Virus record (IMG/VR): IMGVR_UViG_2579778797_000001
Coordinates: 1 to 7,549 of that record
From: a virus
Lineage: Monodnaviria; Loebvirae; Hofneiviricota; Faserviricetes; Tubulavirales; Inoviridae
Strand: one strand, 5' to 3'
Length of the DNA: 7,549 nt
Of this stretch, positions 1-7,549 are shown in pieces; position 1 is the first letter of the stretch, and each line of letters opens with the position of its first letter. The position numbers and the translations under genes are program-made. The notes under the pieces are model-generated. The model searched no databases and was not told where the DNA came from. It saw nothing but the letters and a program-made list of their open reading frames with translations.

Positions 1-1215
<1,215 letters not shown>

Positions 1216-1229
1216 TTACCCCCGCAAAA

Positions 1230-1589
1230 TTACTTGCCAACATTAAGCCCATTTGATTTAAATAAATCATAAACCAATCGATACACTCTATCCTTATAAA
1301 GATATATGTATGAAATAAATTGAACATGGAGGATGATATTAAAACAGTACTGAATATTTAAAGGAAGGTAACTGAATGCAACTACAATAACATCGAGTTT
1401 ATTAACATCGGAGATTTGACGAATAATAAAATTGACGGCAGATACAAGAGCATAATATGAAGTGTAGCAAAGACCAAGATAAGAAAGGAGCTTAGCCCAT
1501 GCAACAGCTTTATCACCGATAACTCCTGCAATGAAACGTAGTGATTTTAAAACAACATCAACAAAAAAAGCACCTAAAATGGCCCACAT
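1230..1589 (-). CDS. pVI-like minor coat protein (119 aa)
   Basis: Very hydrophobic ~119-aa protein sitting between pIII and pI as in Ff. C-terminal half resembles Ff pVI (ISD...LP.N...CF.IIL.V). Its ATG overlaps the pIII stop (TGATG) at 1587-1591. Confidence 0.8.
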   Translation of the reverse strand: MWAILGAFFVDVVLKSLRFIAGVIGDKAVAWAKLLSYLGLCYTSYYALVSAVNFIIRQISDVNKLDVIVVAFSYLPLNIQYCFNIILHVQFISYIYLYKDRVYRLVYDLFKSNGLNVGK

Positions 1590-2953
1590 CAGAGTTTTAC
1601 CTCACGTTCAAATAATGTACGGCGAGAAATAACAAAAACGCGTAACATGGTTATCATATAAATAGCATATTCAAGAACAGAACGAACATAATCGTCATAA
1701 GCTTTTGCAAAATGGCTTGTATCAATCTTGAAATTAATCGCGCCAATCAACGGAAGATTAAAGCTAAACTGTAAAGTAAAAGGAAGAGCAGTTCCATTAT
1801 TTGTATTTACCAGTTTGTCAATATTAACTGTAAGCCAATTGTTATTATCATGACTCTCACTTCCCTGTCCTGGCAAATAATGCGAAAGCTCCCCTAAAGG
1901 GAAATCCCCATCAGGCAAAGAAGAAGCTATATTCTGACTAATATCTTTAATACCATTGTCCAGTGAATTTAATGCATTATTCATATCAGCCTGAGAAACA
2001 GAAAAAGCATTATTTAAATCATTCACTGACACCCATATTGTTTTTAACCAGCCCAAAATACCATCAAGCCAGCCATTGTCATCGCCGGATGAGCCACCGG
2101 ATCCTGAACCTGAACTACCGCTACCGGATGAACCGCCGGAGCCCGAGCCGGAGCCACCGCTACCGGATGAACCACCGGAGCCAGAACCTGAACCACCACT
2201 GCCGGATGAGCCGCCGGAACCCGAGCCGGAGCCACCGCTACCGGATGAACCACCGGAGCCAGAACCTGAACCACCACCGGAACTGCCGCCGCCTGGGTTA
2301 CCACCACCGGAACTGCCACCACCTGAGCTACCGCCATCCTCCTTACCATCGGAGAATGCAGGATCTACAGCAACTGGTTTCCAGTCGGCAGTACAAACTG
2401 TATCATCATCGGGATTACAAATAAGAGGATTGCCGGTTGCCTCATAAATACACCCCTGCACATTAACATAACGGGTCCCGTCATCACCTTTATAAACATC
2501 AGAAAAAGTCATACCATCAAGAACCGGACGAGAAAGACAAATCTCGTCAGTTGGCGGCTTATTATATTCAGGTGTCAAATCCCCCTCACCACCCTGAAAA
2601 GCAAGGGTGCAGGCTGTCCACTTTTGCTTGTCTGAATCCCAGACTTTATATGCTGACCACCGGGCACGGACAAAAGACCCGACAGTCGAAGGTGCATTAA
2701 CAGGCGTTGAAAGTGGCACACCACAATAATGAATTATTCCGGAACATGCGTCATAATTGCCCGAACCACAGAAAAGATGACCGGCCGCCCTGGCTAATTT
2801 AATCGACGTCCCCGCGTCCGAATAATCTGTCCTGCAGGATGAATGGCCTGCACACTGAACAAGTGCATCCGGATTTTCTTTCTCTTCAGCGAAAGAAAAC
2901 GAGGAAAAGAACAAAAACAGAAGCGGAATAATAAAGTGAATCAAAAAAAACAC
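1589..2953 (-). CDS. pIII-like adsorption/minor coat protein (454 aa): signal peptide, Cys-rich N-terminal domains, Gly/Ser linker, C-terminal anchor domain
   Basis: Signal-like N-terminus (FFLIHFIIPLLFLFFSSFSFA). Motif RYVNVQGCIYEATGNPLICNPDDDTVCTADWKPV matches the Ff g3p N1 core (RYANYEGCLWNATGVVVCTGDETQCYGTWVPI, from memory). Gly/Ser linker at aa 207-290 and C-terminal hydrophobic anchor (YAIYMITMLRVFVISRR). Start is GTG at 2951-2953 with AGGAG directly upstream (spacing very short); exact start uncertain. Confidence 0.9.
   Translation of the reverse strand: MFFLIHFIIPLLFLFFSSFSFAEEKENPDALVQCAGHSSCRTDYSDAGTSIKLARAAGHLFCGSGNYDACSGIIHYCGVPLSTPVNAPSTVGSFVRARWSAYKVWDSDKQKWTACTLAFQGGEGDLTPEYNKPPTDEICLSRPVLDGMTFSDVYKGDDGTRYVNVQGCIYEATGNPLICNPDDDTVCTADWKPVAVDPAFSDGKEDGGSSGGGSSGGGNPGGGSSGGGSGSGSGGSSGSGGSGSGSGGSSGSGGSGSGSGGSSGSGGSGSGSGGSSGSGSSGSGSGGSSGDDNGWLDGILGWLKTIWVSVNDLNNAFSVSQADMNNALNSLDNGIKDISQNIASSLPDGDFPLGELSHYLPGQGSESHDNNNWLTVNIDKLVNTNNGTALPFTLQFSFNLPLIGAINFKIDTSHFAKAYDDYVRSVLEYAIYMITMLRVFVISRRTLFEREVKL
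2084..2335. repeat. In-frame imperfect tandem repeats encoding the pIII Gly/Ser linker (about 5 copies of a 39-bp unit, then 15-bp units)
   Basis: Minus-strand translation GGSSGSGGSGSGS repeated. The antisense frame reads PDEPPEPEPEPPL about 4-5 times, showing the 39-bp period directly. A near-identical block recurs after 78 bp (gagccggagccaccgctaccggatgaaccaccggagccagaacctgaacc). Confidence 0.85.
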
Positions 2954-2964
2954 TCCTGGTATGA

Positions 2965-2989
2965 TTAAAAAAGCGCCCCGGAGGGCGCT
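2965..2989 (-). terminator. Rho-independent terminator downstream of the pVIII-like gene
   Basis: On the minus strand a 7-bp GC stem (AGCGCCC / GGGCGCT, plus 2972-2978 and 2983-2989) with a 4-nt loop is followed by a run of six U (plus-strand A-run 2967-2972). Position matches the strong terminator after gene VIII in Ff. Confidence 0.8.
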
Positions 2990-3004
2990 GTCATTAAATA
3001 ACTA

Positions 3005-3265
<261 letters not shown>

Positions 3266-3271
3266 TTAAAA

Positions 3272-3442
3272 TTAATTAACAGCATCACTGAACATCCGGC
3301 AGACCAGAGTGAAAATAACACCAAGACCAAAGCCAAGAAGCCAGCAGACAATCCAGACATAAAGAACGGCCCAGTAAAGCTCCCCGTCCTGTACGCCAGA
3401 ATTCAGTGCGGATAAAACACCGCTGAAATCAAATTCAGTCAT
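3272..3442 (-). CDS. Small hydrophobic protein (56 aa from ATG at 3442, or 67 aa from GTG at 3475); possible pVII/pIX-type minor coat protein
   Basis: One strong TM segment (LYWAVLYVWIVCWLLGFGLGVIFTLV), located between the gV-position gene and pVIII as gVII/gIX are in Ff. No clear Shine-Dalgarno before either start; overlaps the upstream small ORF by 8 nt. Confidence 0.5.
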   Translation of the reverse strand: MTEFDFSGVLSALNSGVQDGELYWAVLYVWIVCWLLGFGLGVIFTLVCRMFSDAVN

Positions 3443-3575
3443 AATAACGCTGAACAGTAATGCTTTGTGAGTCACAGGCGCGAATCAGTTTTATTCCGAT
3501 GCCAAAACCTGAAGAAAATAAAATCATTGCAGGCGCAGCAAATAAAACAAAGTTCAGAAAATCAGCGTCAGACAT
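3435..3575 (-). CDS. Small hydrophobic protein (46 aa from ATG at 3575); possible minor coat protein
   Basis: ATG at 3573-3575 lies 4 nt after the stop of the 141-aa ORF, with AAGG upstream. Single TM segment (FLNFVLFAAPAMILFSSGFGIGI). The track start at 3629 is TTG and overlaps the upstream gene, so the shorter form is preferred. Confidence 0.45.
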   Translation of the reverse strand: MSDADFLNFVLFAAPAMILFSSGFGIGIKLIRACDSQSITVQRYYD

Positions 3576-3579
3576 ATCA

Positions 3580-4005
3580 TCAGCCTTTTTCTTTACCTGC
3601 GGGCAGTGCACCCAGCGGCTGACCGTCAAAACGTTTCATGGAGCCGGAAATAAAACGATACCAGACACCATGACGTTCTGAGCCTGTCGACCATGAGTTA
3701 ACATCCACCGTGAGATAAACAGGTTTGCCCTGCAAATCAGGACATGAATTAAAAAATTTAAAATCCTCCTCAGTACAGGAAAATCGCTCATGCTCCTCAC
3801 GGCGGACTTTTAATTTTCGGTCCTCATACGGATAGGCAATAACAATGGCATATTTGGGTTTAGCCTCAGGGTTATAATGAGAACCCGTGGGTTTTAACTC
3901 CTCATCATTTATGACAGTGGCGTGAATAAAATATCCCGCCATTGTCATGCCTGAGGTAAAACCCTCAGGGGAAGGAAACGGAAAACTGTCGTAAATTTGA
4001 TTCAT
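3580..4005 (-). CDS. Hypothetical protein (141 aa) in the position of the ssDNA-binding/RstB-type gene
   Basis: ATG at 4003-4005 preceded by GAGGAG at about 9 nt; starts 30 nt after the Rep stop. Function is inferred from position only; no motif recognised. Confidence 0.7.
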   Translation of the reverse strand: MNQIYDSFPFPSPEGFTSGMTMAGYFIHATVINDEELKPTGSHYNPEAKPKYAIVIAYPYEDRKLKVRREEHERFSCTEEDFKFFNSCPDLQGKPVYLTVDVNSWSTGSERHGVWYRFISGSMKRFDGQPLGALPAGKEKG

Positions 4006-4035
4006 AAAGCAGACTCCTCAATGTTAAAAATTCAG

Positions 4036-6277
<2,242 letters not shown>

Positions 6278-6410
6278 GACCTCATGTCCTCATGATGACA
6301 AACAAAAAAGAACATACTCAAAAAACATCATGAACACAAGATGTATTAACAACATTTGCTCAAGTGCTCTAGAGTACATGATGGCTAAATACAAAAAAGG
6401 GGGCTAAATA
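6278..6410. promoter_or_regulatory. Divergent intergenic control region between the Rep operon and the RHH gene, with short repeats (candidate operators and/or origin)
   Basis: AT-rich 133 bp. CATGATG at 6291-6297 and 6377-6383 and inverted (CATCATG) at 6326-6332. Tandem CCTCATG at 6280-6286 and 6288-6294. Palindrome CTCTAGAG at about 6367-6374. No convincing sigma70 hexamers could be assigned by eye. Confidence 0.4.
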
Positions 6411-6611
6411 ATGGCTGAAAAAAGAAAGAGTTATAACGTGCCAAACGAGAAGTATCTAAAGCTAGAAAGATTAGCTATTGATGCAAGTCAAAAGATAGGA
6501 AGGAGCATAAAATGGACCGAAGTACTGTCTTACATGATAGATCACTACGCAAAAGACGCAGCAATAGATATGGTAAGTCAGGAAGAACTTAAGAAAAAAA
6601 AGGCAATGTGA
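6411..6611 (+). CDS. Small ribbon-helix-helix (CopG/Arc-like) putative transcriptional regulator (66 aa), divergent from the Rep operon
   Basis: ATG at 6411 preceded by AAGGGGG. N-terminal basic beta-strand-like segment (KRKSYNVP) followed by two predicted helices (EKYLKLERLAI; KWTEVLSYMIDHYAK), typical of RHH repressors. Position is analogous to rstR in CTXphi. Confidence 0.6.
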   Translation: MAEKRKSYNVPNEKYLKLERLAIDASQKIGRSIKWTEVLSYMIDHYAKDAAIDMVSQEELKKKKAM

Positions 6612-6674
6612 TCCCTTTCCCAACGTCAAACAAACAGGCCAGGAAAGATCAAAGGAAAAGTTAAACAAGGAAAT

Positions 6675-6830
6675 ATGCAGATAACCAGTGACTTAATCCT
6701 TGACCTGCTGATAAAGCATTTCGTTGTTGGCAGCATCACAGGCATGACAATATTCAGCCTGATAACGCTTGTCCCACCGTTGGTGATGACCATACACAAA
6801 AAACTAAGTAAGGACACTGAAATCCTTTAA
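6675..6830 (+). CDS. Small membrane peptide (51 aa), not in the ORF track; co-oriented with and downstream of the RHH gene
   Basis: ATG at 6675 with AAGGA just upstream. Translation MQITSDLILDLLIKHFVVGSITGMTIFSLITLVPPLVMTIHKKLSKDTEIL has one TM helix followed by a basic tail. Stop at 6828-6830 is 30 nt before the terminator at 6860-6899. Confidence 0.35.
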   Translation: MQITSDLILDLLIKHFVVGSITGMTIFSLITLVPPLVMTIHKKLSKDTEIL

Positions 6831-6859
6831 GGTTCAGTGCGCACAATGACGTTATGTAT

Positions 6860-6899
6860 AAAAAGGCCGCTGCGGTGGAGAGTATCGCAGCGGCCTTTT
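6860..6899. terminator. Bidirectional rho-independent terminator at the prophage edge
   Basis: Perfect 10-bp stem GGCCGCTGCG / CGCAGCGGCC (6865-6874 and 6886-6895) with an 11-nt loop, flanked by AAAAA (6860-6864) and TTTT (6896-6899), giving a U-run on both strands. Confidence 0.75.
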
Positions 6900-6929
6900 C
6901 AACATAACGCGTGTCACATTATGCGCACC
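6897..6929. other. dif-like XerC/XerD recombination site; prophage-host junction
   Basis: Minus strand reads GGTGCGCATAA TGT GACACGCG TTATGTTGAAA. The first 14 nt equal E. coli dif (GGTGCGCATAATGTATATTATGTTAAAT, from memory), then the sequence diverges. A XerD-arm-like TTATGTTGAAA (9/11) lies 11 bp from the XerC arm instead of 6 bp. Confidence 0.7.
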
Positions 6930-7005
6930 AATATAAACCAAGGAAGAATCCAGTCGTTGGCGGTCATGATTGTCATGCTCATTAACAATGACCAAACCCC
7001 ATATC

Positions 7006-7209
7006 TCACTTACTACCGTATTCTCGGCTTAACCGTCCATGCAACCTCAACACATTGCTTTCAACTGCCGTCACCACGTTCTCCGGAAAATCTGTCGGTA
7101 ATGAAGTCTTCACGTTATCCAGTGCTGCTGGAATCATTCTGGCAAAGTCACTCAGGATTTCATGCATCTGCACTTCCGGGAATCTCAGCACCTTTGCTGT
7201 CGCCAAAAA
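7006..7209 (-). pseudogene. hipA: 3' fragment of hipA (HipA toxin kinase C-terminal ~67 codons); gene truncated at its 5' side
   Basis: Translation FLATAKVLRFPEVQMHEILSDFARMIPAALDNVKTSLPTDFPENVVTAVESNVLRLHGRLSREYGSK matches my memory of the E. coli HipA C-terminus. The frame is closed by a TGA immediately upstream (7210-7212), so no full-length hipA is possible. HipB operators lie 25 bp away. Confidence 0.6.
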
Positions 7210-7234
7210 TCATGTCATACGTCCACAGCAAGTT

Positions 7235-7347
7235 TATCCGCTTAAGGGGATATTATAAGTTTTATCCTTTAGTGAGGATAAGTCAATCTGGAAACACATC
7301 TTATCCGCTCTACGGGATAAACGCTGCGATATCCGCGATCGCGGATA
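7235..7347 (-). promoter_or_regulatory. hipBA promoter-operator region: four HipB operator palindromes TATCC-N8-GGATA
   Basis: Exact TATCC-N8-GGATA at 7235-7252, 7263-7280, 7302-7319 and 7330-7347 (the last an 18-bp perfect palindrome TATCCGCGATCGCGGATA). Centre spacings are 28, 39 and 28 bp. This matches the published HipB operator consensus and four-operator organisation. Confidence 0.75.
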
Positions 7348-7399
7348 AAAAGGAGGATTTAAATAAGGCGTTGATGCGCCGTTTGAAGTCGGCAATATT

Positions 7400-7428
7400 A
7401 AGCCGCATGCCATCTCGACATGCGGCTT
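7400..7428. other. Inverted repeat / hairpin just downstream of the autotransporter-like gene (possible weak terminator)
   Basis: AAGCCGCATG (7400-7409) pairs with CATGCGGCTT (7419-7428) around a 9-nt loop. Flanks are A/T-rich but there is no clean U-run on either strand. Confidence 0.35.
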
Positions 7429-7435
7429 ATACGGT

Positions 7436-7549
7436 TTACCAGCTATATTTCACTCCCAGCATGCCCTGAGTATCGCTATAGCCTTTATCACCTAGTTGCA
7501 CACCGACATTCCCCCACAGGCTAAGGTTGTTAGTGACATTTCCCGACAT
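7436..7549 (-). CDS. 3' end (last 37 codons) of an outer-membrane autotransporter-like gene continuing beyond the window (yneO/ydeU-like position upstream of hipB)
   Basis: Minus-strand frame open to the window edge; translation ...GNVGVQLGDKGYSDTQGMLGVKYSW then TAA at 7436-7438. Alternating hydrophobic residues and a terminal aromatic (YSW) are typical of the last beta-strand of autotransporter barrels. In E. coli K-12 an autotransporter pseudogene lies directly upstream of hipB (memory). Confidence 0.5.
   Translation of the reverse strand: MSGNVTNNLSLWGNVGVQLGDKGYSDTQGMLGVKYSW

Noticed and set aside
2084-2335. Possible CRISPR-like array suggested by regular short repeats
   Set aside because: The units are contiguous with no unique spacers, imperfect, and in-frame coding for Gly/Ser; this is a coding tandem repeat, not a CRISPR array.
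2044-2349. Minus-strand 101-aa ORF (Val/Ala/Pro-rich) in an alternative frame of pIII
   Set aside because: Same repeat artefact in a shifted frame, fully nested in the pIII linker.
1963-2447. Plus-strand ORFs of 153 and 123 aa (Pro/Glu/Leu-rich, e.g. PDEPPEPEPEPPL repeats) inside the pIII gene
   Set aside because: They are the antisense reading of the Gly/Ser-codon tandem repeat and exist only because the repeat lacks stops; the sense-strand pIII assignment is strongly supported.
6471-6817. Minus-strand ORFs 6471-6668 and 6626-6817 (65 and 63 aa, Cys/Phe-rich)
   Set aside because: Antisense to the RHH gene and the 51-aa peptide; the plus-strand genes have RBSs and a downstream terminator, and the minus-strand translations look like low-complexity noise.
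7213-7218. Residual hipB start (ATG-ACA-TGA) as a functional mini-ORF
   Set aside because: Two codons followed by a stop; interpreted as a deletion scar, not a gene.
7055-7258. 67-aa plus-strand ORF antisense to the hipA fragment
   Set aside because: Antisense to sequence matching the HipA C-terminus and running into the operator array; no RBS.
6837-7469. 210-aa plus-strand ORF spanning the terminator, the dif-like site, the hipA fragment and the HipB operators
   Set aside because: It crosses a perfect terminator hairpin, a recombination site and an operator array and is antisense to the hipA remnant; the composition is atypical. Judged a chance open frame.

Overview
This window is the right-hand ~6.9 kb of an integrated filamentous (inovirus, CTXphi/CUS-1/Ypf-like) prophage plus ~0.6 kb of E. 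coli-like chromosome. On the minus strand, right to left: an 82-aa ORF translationally coupled to a large rolling-circle Rep (YIVKYITK tyrosine motif), a 141-aa protein in the gV/rstB position, two small hydrophobic ORFs, a pVIII-like major coat protein with an intrinsic terminator, a pIII-like adsorption protein with a long Gly/Ser tandem-repeat linker, a pVI-like protein, and a pI/Zot-like assembly NTPase whose stop codon is base 1-3 of the window. Divergent on the plus strand are a small ribbon-helix-helix-like regulator and an untracked 51-aa membrane peptide, closed by a bidirectional terminator that abuts a dif-like XerC/XerD site (exact XerC arm GGTGCGCATAA, divergent central region). 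Right of that junction is host DNA: a 3' fragment of hipA, the four HipB operators (TATCC-N8-GGATA) with hipB and most of hipA missing, a hairpin, and the 3' end of an autotransporter-like gene. No integrase is present, consistent with XerCD-mediated integration. All assignments come from reading the translations and remembered motifs; no database search was possible. CDS coordinates include the stop codon.
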